Positions 13,764-26,132 of a stretch of DNA of 64,000 bases are shown piece by piece. Both the position numbers and the translations under genes were made by a program. Within the stretch, counting starts at the first letter, position 1; each line of letters starts with the position of its first letter. The notes beneath the pieces are model-generated. The model was not told the DNA's origin. It did not search any database and was given only the letters and a program-made list of their open reading frames with translations. Source of the DNA: Eledone cirrhosa (lineage: Eukaryota); contig OZ024755.1 of assembly GCA_964016885.1 (NCBI GenBank), positions 18,848,001 through 18,912,000 on the forward strand, in the 5' to 3' direction.

Positions 13764-13871
13764 AAAAAAAAATAATAAAAACCTTACAGCGCTCACCACC
13801 TTTCTCTCCCTCACCTTTTCTCTCCCTCACACATAAAAAAAAAGTGAGATAAAAAAAAAATATTTCAGCAT

Positions 13872-14045
13872 TGAGGAAGAACACGAAAAACATGGGCAGA
13901 GGTGGTGAGAGTTGATCTCAGATCGCTGAAGCTCACAGAGGAGATGACAAAGGACTGTGACAAATGGAGAGATGCTGTGCTAAAGAGGACCCGTTCCACC
14001 CTTGCAAACAGGGAAAAGCAGACGTAAAAGGATGATGATGATGAT
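13872..14045 (+). mobile_element. RTE LINE extreme 3' end (candidate partner LINE of SINE B)
   Basis: Encodes RGRTRKTWAEVVRVDLRSLKLTEEMTKDCDKWRDAV; 3' end ccgttccacccttgcaaacagggaaaagcagacgtaaaaggatgatg matches the SINE B tail. Confidence 0.75.
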
Positions 14046-14079
14046 TGCTGCTATCACCAAGCGCCACCATGGCTCTCAT

Positions 14080-14190
14080 TGTAATAAACAACATAAGGCA
14101 ACATAAGTTGTTTATTACATAACTATTAAGCTCTGTTACCTACATAGAGCACTCTTTTTTCCTGGACTTTTCTGACGGAATTACTTCATT

Positions 14191-14192
<2 letters not shown>
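14080..14192 (+). mobile_element. Short copy of the palindromic PLE-like element at 60799-61112
   Basis: Near-identical tail attaagctctgttacctacatagagcactcttttttcctggactttt...ggaattacttcattca preceded by a short inverted repeat. Confidence 0.8.
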
Positions 14193-14266
<74 letters not shown>

Positions 14267-14818
14267 GTGTGTGTAGGTAGATAAATAGATATCAGCTTGA
14301 CATTATGCTCAAAGGTGTTAAACTGTCAAATATATATATGTTTTATTCATACAAATATTACTTGTGATTCAATTGACAACACAGAACATCACAAATTAAA
14401 TATATTTGTGTATATACATACATAGATACACACACGCATACACACACATATATATATATATTAAATAAACATTCAATATTCAACAAGAGCATCACAAATT
14501 AAATATATATATATATGATAAACATTCAATATTTAACAAGAGCATCACAAAATATTTCTAAAAAATTCAATAAAATATTTTTTTTCATGTTCAATCAACC
14601 AATTTCGATTAATAGAAAAACTATTGGAGTAATATCGGAATAATTAGTGTGATGAAAAAACTCATCCATTTGAATAATGCTAATTTCTTTTAAATTTTTT
14701 TTTTTCTTTTCAGTTAAGTACAAAATGTGACAAATGATATTTTGCTTTATTAATTTGCCACTTTTTGCAGCTACAACAGTCTCAAATGTTTATAGATAGG
14801 TATTTGAACTTTAGTATA

Positions 14819-14987
14819 TATATGAAAAATTCGGGATGGCTGATCTCCTGCCATTTCAACAGTTAGATCCGAACTGAATAGGCGGTGTAAAAACGGCACA
14901 AATTTTTCATATTACCCACTCTAATACCCCAAGTATCAAGTGCTCTGGGGAGTAATGGTCTAACTGGTTTTTACAGCATCCATTCTG
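14819..14987 (+). mobile_element. PLE-like terminal fragment (short inversion + hairpin tail)
   Basis: atatgaaaaatt...aatttttcatat inverted ends; tail tacccactctaataccccaagtatcaagtgctctggggagtaatggtctaac is homologous to 56440+ and 61451+. Confidence 0.65.
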
Positions 14988-14988
14988 A

Positions 14989-15245
14989 TCATCATCATCA
15001 TCATCATCGGGTTTAGCGTCCGTGTTCCACGCTTGCATGGGTTTGGACGGGGGTTTTCCCACTTGAGGCAAGAGTGGTTGTCTTGCTCGCATAGGACTGT
15101 CTGGCGGGTTTTCTACAGTTGGATGCCCTTCCTAACACCAACCACATTTACAGTGTGGGGCTGCGAGGTTTTTACCGTGTTGCCTACACGGCCACATTTA
15201 CAGCATGGACTGTGTGTTTTTTTGTCGTGACACCTACATATCTCT
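14989..15245 (-). mobile_element. RTE LINE (family C) 3' UTR fragment
   Basis: Matches 56650-56900; (cat)n tail. Confidence 0.85.
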
Positions 15246-15368
15246 GATATATATATATATATATATATTACCAATGGAAACATTGTTTCCTCAGTCCGAT
15301 TTGACGAACTCCATCCCACTCATTAAGTGAATGGTGATTGAGGTCAGGGATCATATCGATTAAATATT

Positions 15369-15411
<43 letters not shown>

Positions 15412-15413
<2 letters not shown>

Positions 15414-15605
15414 TGTTAGTTCTTGCGTTACTTTGGTATTGTGTGGTTGGGTTTTGCCTTCCGCAATGTTCAATTTGTCAAGCTATTTAAATGTATGTTA
15501 TTACTCTAAGGACCTACCCTTATTGAGTGCTTTGCTAACTCATTCCTATTGTAGGTCGACTTTGCTTGCCCACAGCCTAAGCTTCGATTTTACTAAGCTT
15601 CTACT

Positions 15606-15608
<3 letters not shown>
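15412..15608 (+). mobile_element. (TA)n-flanked PLE-like tail fragment
   Basis: actc-taaggacctacccttatt-gagtgct hairpin at 15503-15531; (TA)n on both sides. Confidence 0.5.
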
Positions 15609-15660
<52 letters not shown>

Positions 15661-15663
<3 letters not shown>

Positions 15664-15938
15664 GGTTAACATGCAAAATCTATATAAGCTCAAGTCTATT
15701 TTCATTTCACTACTGGTTCAGTGTATGTCACTGATGAGAGATTAACGAATCATGAAACAGCTGTCTGGCATTCTCAATGGCTACTGCGATACTTGCGACA
15801 TGTTCACAGACCAAATGAAAGAAAATTATTATTATTTAATGAAAAAATATTTTTTCTTTGATAGCAAGTCTCTCATATGTTTATTGTATAAACATATAGT
15901 ATATGCTTCCATATACAACTATTTTAGTGCTACTGCCT
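15661..15938 (+). mobile_element. (TA)n-flanked PLE-like fragment carrying a hammerhead ribozyme
   Basis: Non-repetitive insert between (TA)n tracts containing the HHR at 15725-15771. Confidence 0.65.
15725..15771 (+). ncRNA. Minimal type I hammerhead ribozyme motif
   Basis: Stem I ATGTCA/TGGCAT, core CTGATGA, stem II GATT-aacg-AATC, GAAA, palindromic stem III A-CAGCTG-T, GUC cleavage triplet. Confidence 0.8.
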
Positions 15939-15971
<33 letters not shown>

Positions 15972-16068
15972 CATATATATGGGTGTGTGTGTGTGTTTGA
16001 TGATGCATGTGCATATAAATATGCGTACATATGTGAGAGTATATCTGTTTCTAAATTTAATGTATATA

Positions 16069-16410
16069 CATCATCATCATTATCATCATTTTACATCCGC
16101 TTTTCCCTGCTTGCCAGGGTGGGACGGGAACTGATTCTGGCTTGATTTCTACAGCTGGATGCCCTTCCTAACACCAACCACATTTACAGTGAGTGCTGGG
16201 TGCTTTTTTTTCCATGGCTCCTCCACGACCACTTTGCAGTGGAATGATATGGACCCCAGTCCCTATCATCTCATTTATACAGCTGAGTAAACTGGAGCAA
16301 TGTGAAATAAAGTGTCTTGCTCAAGGAAACAACACATCACCCGGTCTGAGAATTGAACTCACAACCTTTCGATTGCAAGACCAATGCTCTAACCACTAAG
16401 CCATGTGCCT
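16069..16410 (-). mobile_element. CORE-like SINE (family B)
   Basis: Reverse complement of 61666-62011. Confidence 0.92.
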
Positions 16411-16531
16411 TATGGATATAACATTTTTAATATATGCCTGTGTATGTCTATAGAACCCCAGAGCTATGTATGTATATATTTATGAATAGGTGGCTAAACA
16501 GACAGATAGATAGACAAACAGATAGAGGGAC

Positions 16532-16536
<5 letters not shown>

Positions 16537-16606
<70 letters not shown>
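16537..16606. repeat. (GATA)n microsatellite
   Basis: Seen directly. Confidence 0.95.
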
Positions 16607-17160
16607 CATATGCCAGCTAAATGCAATTTCAGCATAATTGCATGACTCCAAAGCAAATTAAATTCCTTAAGAAGCTGAAAGACAATAAATTCAAATGAGC
16701 TGTGGAAATGTAGAATGATTACAGCTGAGGAGAGGTAATGTAGGCAACTTGGTAATGATTTAGAGATTCAGAACCAACAGGAATGAGAACTGGGTGAGCA
16801 GATGTTCTAAACATTTGATTAATGATATCCAGGGTTAAGAATGGTCAAGAAGAAGAAAAGTGAAAATGAAGAAATGTTCTGTCTTTGACAATAAAACTAA
16901 TAAATAAAGTCTGTTACTATGTTATTTGAAAAGCAAAACCTTATTCAAAATTAACTTAATTTCATTTATTTTGCTAGGTAATCATCAACCTTCTAAATTA
17001 GATTAAATAATTAAGTTTTACCCACACATATGCATTTATTTGCAATGGCATGTGTTTGCAAATTCATGCAAGACTAGAAAGCAACTGGTTTTCTATGTAA
17101 TTCTTCTAAGTTACTTTAAGAACCTACCATAATCATCATTATCATCATTTAAGTTCCATT

Positions 17161-18998
17161 CTTGCATCTAACATACATACTAACACTACTGAGAGCTCAG
17201 ATGAACTGGGCATTGCATCTAACATACATACTAACACTACTGAGAGCTCAGATGAACTGGGCCTTGCATCTAACATACATACTGACACTACTGAGAGCTC
17301 AGATGAACTGGGCCTTGCATCTAACATACATACTAACACTACTGAGAGCTCAGATGAACTGGGCCTTGCATCTAACATACATACTAACACTACTGAGAGC
17401 TCAGATGAACTGGGCCTTGCATTTAACATACATATTAACACTACTGAGAGCTCAGATGAACTGGGGGCCTTGCATCTAACATACATACTAACACTACTGA
17501 GAGCTCAGATGAACTGGGGGCCTTGCATCTAACATACATACTGACACTACTGAGAGCTCAGATGAACTGGGCCTTGCATCTAACATACATACTGACACTA
17601 CTGAGAGTTCAGATGAACTGGGTCCTGCATCTAACATACATACTAACACTACTGAGAGCTCAGATGAACTGGGCCTTGCATCTAACATACATACTGACAC
17701 TACTGAGAGCTCAGATGAACTGGGTCCTGCATCTAACATACATACTAACACTACTGAGAGCTCAGATGAACTGGGCCTTGCATCTAACATACATACTGAC
17801 ACTACTGAGAGCTCAGATGAACTGGGCCTTGCATCTAACATACATATTAACACTACTGAGAGCTCAGATGAACTGGGCCTTGCATCTAACATACATACTA
17901 ACACTACTGAGAGCTCAGATGAACTGGGCCTTGCATCTAACATACATACTAACACTACTGAGAGCTCAGATGAACTGGGCCTTGCATCTAACATACATAC
18001 TGACACTACTGAGAGCTCAGATGAACTGGGCCTTGCATCTAACATACATACTAACACTACTGAGAGCTCAGATGAACTGGGCCTTGCATCTAACATACAT
18101 ACTAACACTACTGAGAGCTCAGATGAACTGGGCCTTGCATCTAACATACATACTAACACTACTGAGAGCTCAGATGAACTGGGTCCTGCATCTAACATAC
18201 ATACTAACACTACTGAGAGCTCAGATGAACTGGGCCTTGCATCTAACATACATACTGACACTACTGAGAGCTCAGATGAACTGGGCCTTGCATCTAACAT
18301 ACATACTGACACTACTGAGAGCTCAGATGAACTGGGTCCTGCATCTAACATACATACTAACACTACTGAGAGCTCAGATGAACTGGGCCTTGCATCTAAC
18401 ATACATACTGACACTACTGAGAGCTCAGATGAACTGGGTCCTGCATCTAACATACATACTAACACTACTGAGAGCTCAGATGAACTGGGCCTTGCATCTA
18501 ACATACATACTGACACTACTGAGAGCTCAGATGAACTGGGCCTTGCATCTAACATACATACTAACACTACTGAGAGCTCAGATGAACTGGAGCCCTGCAT
18601 CTAACATACATACTGACACTACTGAGAGCTCAGATGAACTGGGTCCTGCATCTAACATACATACTAACACTACTGAGAGCTCAGATGAACTGGGCCTTGC
18701 ATCTAACATACATACTGACACTACTGAGAGCTCAGATGAACTGGGCCTTGCATCTAAAATACATATTAACACTACTGAGAGCTCAGATGAACTGGGCCTT
18801 GCATCTAACATACATACTAACACTACTGAGAGCTCAGATGAACTGGGCCTTGCATCTAACATACATACTAACACTACTGAGAGCTCAGATGAACTGGGCC
18901 TTGCATCTAACATACATACTAACACTACTGAGAGCTCAGATGAACTGGGCCTTGCATCTAACATACATACTGACACTACTGAGAGCTCAGATGAACTG
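17161..18998. repeat. 51-bp minisatellite (ggccttgcatctaacatacatactaacactactgagagctcagatgaactg), ~36 copies
   Basis: Highly homogeneous 51-bp period (17-aa repeat ORFs on both strands). Confidence 0.97.
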
Positions 18999-19459
18999 AG
19001 GGTTCACATCTCACATATGTTCTGACACTCTACTGAACTCAAACTGGTTCAGAATATCTAATATACATTCTGAATAAAAAGAAAATTCGGTTTTTGATTG
19101 AAGATTTTGTTGAGATGAGAATTAATTAATTAATCTAGGAATCCTTAATTGGCATCATGTGCTGAAGGAAACCATATCTGTTGTAATGAATTTATAAAAC
19201 TGAAAGACACTTATGATGATGATGATACTTGCCCAATCATTGTTTATCAACACTCAAATCTATGATTGATAAGTTTATTACAAAATTTATAAAACTGAAA
19301 GACACTTACCAAATTAGGGTTTATCAAAACACAAATCTTTGATAAGTTTATAACAAAACAAAATGTCTGGACTTACCTAAAAATAGAAAAGAGAAAAAAA
19401 GAATACATTTAGAAACATATTTCTTCATTTTTTTTTTTTTAGAAAATATAAATAGAATG

Positions 19460-19935
19460 TTATTTCCTTTGTGTGATAGCTATGGCGAAAGAGGTTGTAT
19501 GGTGGACAAGGTTGAAAGGGCTGAGGTCAAACACCTTTCTCTCCGGGCAACAACTGATTCTTTTTTTTTCAAATACCACTTTGGAAGAAGAATCAGGATG
19601 GAGAGAGAGGTGCTGTACCCCGGCAAGTTTTATGAAAGGTGGGTGAAAGTGGCGAGAATGGCCCGAGTGAATGGGCCTTCTCTCTATATCAGCCTGTAGG
19701 TTGAGGAAAAGGAGGAGGAGAGGAAAGGAGTACAAACTCTTCGTACTCCTGGAGATGAGGGTTGCACATTTTTTCGGGGGTATGTGTTACCCATATAAAC
19801 TGTCTCCCCCTATTGGGGAAAATCGACTAATTTTTAAATTGCATTTGTGATAACATTTTACACGTTTTTATTGTATGTAAACTTCCCCCTTTGTATTTGT
19901 CCCCTTCTTTTGTGCCCCTGTGGCTAATAAAGAAA
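19460..19935 (+). mobile_element. L1/Tx1-like LINE 3' fragment
   Basis: FFKYHFGRRIRMEREVL..KFYERWVKVA resembles Tx1-clade ORF2 C-termini; T-rich 3' UTR ending ctaataaagaaa. Confidence 0.5.
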
Positions 19936-19959
19936 CATATCTATTGCATCTCTCTCTCT

Positions 19960-20009
<50 letters not shown>

Positions 20010-20124
20010 CTCCTTTACATGATCCAGCAATTATGATGTAATATCCTGGCAATAATCCTTAAAAAGAGAAATACAAGTGATATATATTTCAAAGTATTTT
20101 AAAGATAAAACAAAAATGTGTTCA

Positions 20125-20355
20125 TGATAGCAATGATGACCATAATGATGGTGATGATGATGATGATGATGATGATGATTACAATATTGGTGATGATATT
20201 GACGCTGATGATGATATTGATGTTGATTATTATGATGATAATGATAATGATAATAATTACGATGATAATGATGATGATGATGATGACAGTGATGATGCTG
20301 ATGATGATGATGATGATAATAATGATGATGATAACTGCTGCAATCGATGATAATT
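20125..20355. repeat. Degenerate (GAT)n microsatellite
   Basis: Seen directly. Confidence 0.9.
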
Positions 20356-20627
20356 GCTGCAATCTGTCTGCTATCTGTCCGACTACTCATCGGTAATGGA
20401 TGCAAACCCAACACCATATTAAAAAAAAAAAAAAATTTACAAAAATACAACAACAAAAAACCCACACAAAACAAAAAAGAAACCTTCCAATTCAGTGAAA
20501 TTACTTTAGAGCCCTAATATTAAGTTAGCACCCACCTAAAATATTCTAACAACGTACAGACATATCACATCTCAAAAGAGAAATTAACCATTCTGCATTA
20601 CAGGTTTTTTGGCACCCATAAAAGCCT

Positions 20628-20740
20628 GTGTAATAGGCATAAGTAAAAATAAAAAAGGGAAGTTTTGTAATAGGCATAAGTAAAAATAAAAAAGGGAAGG
20701 TTTTGTAATAGGCATAAGTAAAAATAAAAAAGGGAAGGTT
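20628..20740. repeat. ~37-bp tandem repeat, 3 copies
   Basis: tgtaataggcataagtaaaaataaaaaagggaag x3. Confidence 0.85.
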
Positions 20741-21077
20741 TTTTTTTATGTTTTAGTATGTTTTATTTCCAAGCTTCAACTCTATAAATACATGAATAAT
20801 TAAGTAAATGGTAGACATGATCTAATTGAAGTAAACAGGTGCAAAATTTAGGAGTCAATAAATGCCGTCATAAAGTTAAGACCTCCTGAGAAGATTCAGA
20901 TTACTCAATTATCTACTAAAACAATTTTCACAGAGACAAGTGGCAGATACTGTAGAATATTATCATGTATGATTGTTTATATATATATATATAAATAATT
21001 GGCAATATACGTTTATATATGTTTTCATACACCCCCCCCCTTCTCTCTCTCTCTCTCTCTCTCTCTGTATATATATA

Positions 21078-21208
21078 TATAGAGAGAGAGAGATTGAAAA
21101 TCCTGACTGTGGCAGGATTTTACATGTCTCTATAGCTACTCTGCATCTCCCCATGCATTGAGTACTTCCATGAGTAGTGGTCTCCCCAGTCTAAACACTG
21201 CAGACTCT
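21078..21208 (+). mobile_element. PLE-like terminal fragment (short inversion + hairpin tail)
   Basis: aaaatcctg-actgtgg-caggatttt inversion, then actc-tgcatctccccatgcatt-gagtact and gagtagtggtct, similar to the 14941/56470 tails. Confidence 0.6.
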
Positions 21209-21244
21209 CTTTTCTCTCCCTCTCTCTCTCTATATATATATATA

Positions 21245-21624
21245 TTAGAGCATTGGCCTTGCAATCGAAAGGTTGCAAGTTCAATTCTCAGACTGGGTGA
21301 TGTGTTGTTTCCTTGAGCAAGACACTTTATTTCACATTGCTCCAGTTTACTCAGCTGTAGAAATGAGATGATAGGGACTGGGGTCCATATCATTCCACTG
21401 CAAAGTGGTCGTGGAGGTGCCACGGCAAAAAAGCACCCAGCACTCACTGTAAATGAGGTTGGTGTTAGGAAGGGCATCCAGCTGTAGAAATCAAGCCAGA
21501 ATCAGTTCCCCTATGAGCAAGACAAAGTCAGCCGACCGGACACTGCCCACAACAGGACACCCCGTCTAACACATACTTGCATGGAAGAAAGAACGGACGT
21601 AAAATGGTGATGATGATGATGATG

Positions 21625-21626
<2 letters not shown>
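21245..21626 (+). mobile_element. CORE-like SINE (family B) with alternative tail
   Basis: Body as in 61666-62011, tail as in 931-1133. Confidence 0.9.
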
Positions 21627-21711
<85 letters not shown>

Positions 21712-21907
21712 ACGAGAGAGAGAAAGGGAGAACGAGAGAGAGAGAGGGGGAGAACGAGAGAGAGAGAAAAGGAACAGCATGGAAAAAAAGTTTTCATATT
21801 TAGCTGTAGAAGTTAATGCTTTGCTCATTACAGTAATCAAACCCACGACTTTATGATTGTGAATCCAAAAACCTTAACTATTAGGCCACTTGTCTTTAAC
21901 AAGAACA

Positions 21908-22008
21908 ATAATTGTTTCTACTTTCAGCACAAGGCCAGCAAATACCCAGTGCATTACTGGTACTTTATTTTATCGACCCCGTAAGGATGAAAGGCAAAGT
22001 CAACCTCG
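21908..22008 (-). mobile_element. Family A SINE, 5'-truncated
   Basis: 3' half only. Confidence 0.8.
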
Positions 22009-22189
22009 AAATAATATAAATATACAGCTAGAACTCCCTTGGTTTAAAAAATGACATTTTATAAAAGATCACATGTACTCTTAGTGACCACAGAACTCTT
22101 CTTTTTCCTGCAATTCATGATTTTTTTTCTCTCTGCCAGAGTTTTTCTTTTTAAACCCAGACAACAAATGAAAATAAAATGAAATAAAT

Positions 22190-22225
<36 letters not shown>

Positions 22226-22333
22226 TCATCACCAATATTATCTCAGTGAACCAAGTCTACAAAGAATTGGAACGGATCTATTTCATGGATATTGCTATTG
22301 CACTAAAGAAAAGCTATAAATCTTAAAATCCCC

Positions 22334-23485
22334 CAACCACCACCATCACAAATGCTACCATCACAACCATCCACCATCACAACCACTACTGTCACAACCG
22401 CTACCATCACAACCACCACCATCACAACTACTACCATCACAACCACTACCGTCACAACCACTACCATCACAACCACCACCATCACAACCACTACTGTCAC
22501 AAAAGCTACCATCACAACCGTCCACCATCACAACTACTACCATCACAACCACTACCATCACAACCACTACCGCCACAACTACTACCATCACAACCACTAC
22601 CATCACAACCACTACCGCCACAACCACTACCATCACAACCACTACCATCACAACCACTACCGCCACAACCACTACCATCACAACCACTACCATCACAACC
22701 ACTACCGCCACAACCACTACCATCACAACCACTACCATCACAACCACTACCGCCACAACCACTACCATCACAACCACTACCATCACAACCACTACCATCA
22801 CAACTACTACCATCACAACCACTACCGTCACAACCACTACCGCCACAACCACTACCATCACAACCACTACCGCCACAACCACTACCATCACAACTACTAC
22901 CATCACAACCACTACCATCACAACCACCACCATCACAACCACTACCGCCACAACCACCACCATCACAACCACTACCATCACAACCACTACCGCCACAACC
23001 ACTACCATCACAACCACTACCATCACAACCACTACCATCACAACTACTACCATCACAACCACTACCGTCACAACCACTACCGCCACAACCACTACCATCA
23101 CAACCACTACCGCCACAACCACTACCATCACAACTACTACCATCACAACCACTACCATCACAACCACCACCATCACAACCACTACCGCCACAACCACCAC
23201 CATCACAACCACTACCATCACAACCACTACCGCCACAACCACTACCATCATAACCACCACCATCACAACCACTACCGCCACAACCACCACCATCACAACC
23301 ACTACCATCACAACCACTACCATCACAACCACTACCGCCACAACCACTACCATCACAACCACTACCATCACAACCACTACCGTCACAACCACTACCATCA
23401 CAACCACCACCATCACAACCACTACCGTCACAACCACCACCATCACAACCGTAACAACCACCCCCATCACAACCACTACCATCAC
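22334..23485. repeat. 15-bp minisatellite (caaccactaccatca), ~75 copies
   Basis: 15-bp period; explains the His/Val-rich ORFs. Confidence 0.95.
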
Positions 23486-23769
23486 TTCACCAAATTATGA
23501 TTGTTTATATTCTGAGTTCAAATAATGTTGGGGGTCAACTTTACGTTTCATCCTTCTGGGGGTCGAAAATTTAATCGACCAAACCCATCCTGAAAATTTG
23601 AAGGGGTTGTAACTACGATAGAAGTCAATATTACTGCAAGGAAATTTCACATAATCAATACACATTATTGATATTTAGTAATTAATTAATCAATATGAAA
23701 GTATCTTAAGACAAACCATCAATTAATATGGAACAGGATGTTGTAAAATGGTATTTAAATGACTAGCAT

Positions 23770-23980
23770 ATAGGTGCAGTCATGGGATGGAGTTTAATTT
23801 TACAACCACATGGTTCAGGTCCCTTCCTATTGTGTGACACCTTGGGCAAGTCTCTTTGTTCTATTGTAGTGTCAGGCTGACCAATGTCTTGTAGGTGAAG
23901 TTTGGTAAGAGGAAACCTGAAGAAGCCTGTGTCATATATACGTGTGTGTGTGTGTGTGTGTGTCTGTGTGTGTGTGTGTG
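23770..23980 (+). mobile_element. Old tRNA/CORE-like SINE (third family) ending in (TG)n
   Basis: caaccacatggttcagg...gtgtgacaccttgggcaagtc...gctgaccaatgtcttgt...gaagaagcc. Confidence 0.55.
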
Positions 23981-23981
23981 A

Positions 23982-24212
23982 ACGTAAAGGGATGTAACTC
24001 TATGCCACAAAGCATATCGTCCGATGCTCTACCGGCTTTGCCAATCCACCACCCTCAGTATAATAAGTGTTTCTACTGTTGGCACAAGACCAGCAATTAC
24101 CCAGTGCATTACTGGTACTTTATTTTATCAACCCCATAAGGATGAAAGGCAGGATTTGAACTCAGAATGGAAAGGGCCGTAACTCCATGCGTCAAAGCAT
24201 GGCGTCCGACCC
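23982..24212 (-). mobile_element. Two adjacent family A SINE fragments
   Basis: Head fragment 23982-24052 and a partly deleted copy 24065-24212. Confidence 0.75.
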
Positions 24213-24772
24213 CCTTCCTCAGTATAATAATAAGAATAAACCACATCATTCTCATATCAAGAGATTATAGCAACTTCTAAACAGTGAAAGATATATACAT
24301 AGTTACAACATATCTTCTTGGCTACTTCAATAGCAGCTATGGTGATTGTAACTTTATATATTTCCATTGAGAGATATTTATTATGTAAAAATCAATCAGG
24401 TAGGTAGAATTTCTTTCATCTTTAATGTTATATTATTCCTTTAGTCCATTTGAGAGTAGCTTGATCTCTTAGTTTATGGTACAATAGAGTTGTACATTAT
24501 TGATGCAGAGTTAGACAATTTGACATTTCTACGTCACAGCTGTACTTAATGGCCTGCAGGGAAAAATATGTTATCATCTCTAGTGAATTGATAGTAGAAC
24601 TGGAAGAGCATCAGACAGAATGTGTTGTCATTTTAGATTCTGAGTTCAAATCCTACCAAGGCTGACTTTGACTTTTATCCTTAAGGAGCTGATAAAATCA
24701 AGTTCTAGTCATATACTGGAATCAATTTAATCAATTATGTTGTATCGATTAAATTATAAAGATAAATTATAA

Positions 24773-25056
24773 TCTATATACCACTAAAACTCTGTGATTG
24801 TGTGCTTGTAATACAGCCAAAGCAGCACATAATGGGAAAATACTTTGAAAGGAAATTGCCTCTGATATAAGAATACAAATGGAATAAAACAAGTTTCGCA
24901 TAAATCCGAGCACGGGTTCCCGAGAAATGGGGTTTTTCCTGGTACCTTCATAAATAGCTAACAGCTCTGTGATAATCAATCAAATTGCTAGCGTGCTTAC
25001 TGTTGTGTTTCATTTCCGAAAAGCCTTAGTGACCCAACGGGTCACGGGCGGCCTAG
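24773..25056 (+). mobile_element. Non-autonomous Helitron
   Basis: A|TCtatatacc... 5' end; subterminal hairpin gtgaccc-aac-gggtcac (25029-25045); 3' CTAG|T; no TSD. Confidence 0.8.
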
Positions 25057-25568
25057 TAAAATTTTAATTATTATCAGTTGAATCTAGATTTGGAATTCTT
25101 TTCTATACACGCATTATTGAGAAGTAAATTCTTTGGAGCAGAAGTAAAGCACACACACACATTTTTATGTATTTGTTTCTGGAATAATATTATCTCATTT
25201 GATAAATATTCAACAGAATCACAAAAGGACATATGATTGTGACAGTCAGACTTGTACAGAATCAATTGAAACCCAAAAGGGAAGATAATTTTATTTCAAA
25301 TTCAGAATTTATTTTTCTAGATCTTGGCTTATCCCTTAAACAAGAATATCTCTGCTTGACTCACAATTACTAATTAGTTAACTGCCATTAATATAATTCT
25401 GTAGAAATGTTAATGACAAAATTAATAAAAGCTACTATTTGATAATTAAAGTCAAGTGTATTTCATTGTATATGTTTTTCTTTTTCTTTTTCAGCCTTCA
25501 TTAGTTTAACTGAAATATTAACAACCTTGGCCTGGGACAATGCTTCATAAATGTTTCATTTTTTAAAA

Positions 25569-25781
25569 CCCTTTAGCATTTACATTATATTTACTATTGT
25601 ATTTTCACGGTAAAGGCTTTATCTTACATAATTATCTCACATAATATCAAATCTATGAGATTTTGATATTTATTTTGAGAACAATACCTTAACATTAGTA
25701 TGAGTGGCCAGTTACAGCCAGTTCGAACAGAAAGAGGTGAGATAATTCTGGCCAGATACGACTAGTTTAAAAGCTAAAGGG
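25569..25781 (+). mobile_element. piggyBac-like MITE
   Basis: ccctttagcattta...aaaagctaaaggg|ttaa; homologous to 48189-48396. Confidence 0.8.
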
Positions 25782-26096
25782 TTAATGTCATTTAATCAGG
25801 AGGAAGGGCAGTGCCCATATCCATTTTCAGAACCTCTGAAACTTTGGAAAGGAAAGAGGAAAGCATCCTAAAAACCAAATAACTAATTTGAATGTTTGCA
25901 ATATAATGGACTCTACTAAAGGCAAATGAAATCATAATTTTACAATTACTGGTGTCTCATTTATACAGAACAATATAATTGTAACAATATAATGATATCA
26001 AGTTTATATGTCCTGCACATGGGTTTTTCTATACTAAATTTTCTTCCTATCTCTGGTGACTGAATGCTGTAGCAATAAACACAACCCTACTACTAC

Positions 26097-26132
<36 letters not shown>

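Noticed and set aside
17145-19025. 500-aa and 368-aa ORFs
   Set aside because: They are translations of a 51-bp tandem repeat, open on both strands, with frameshifts and no unique domain.
22352-23500. His-rich 382-aa ORF (cf. His-rich cephalopod beak proteins)
   Set aside because: Pure 15-bp repeat with no signal peptide or splice context, a frame switch inside the array, and an equally open antisense frame.
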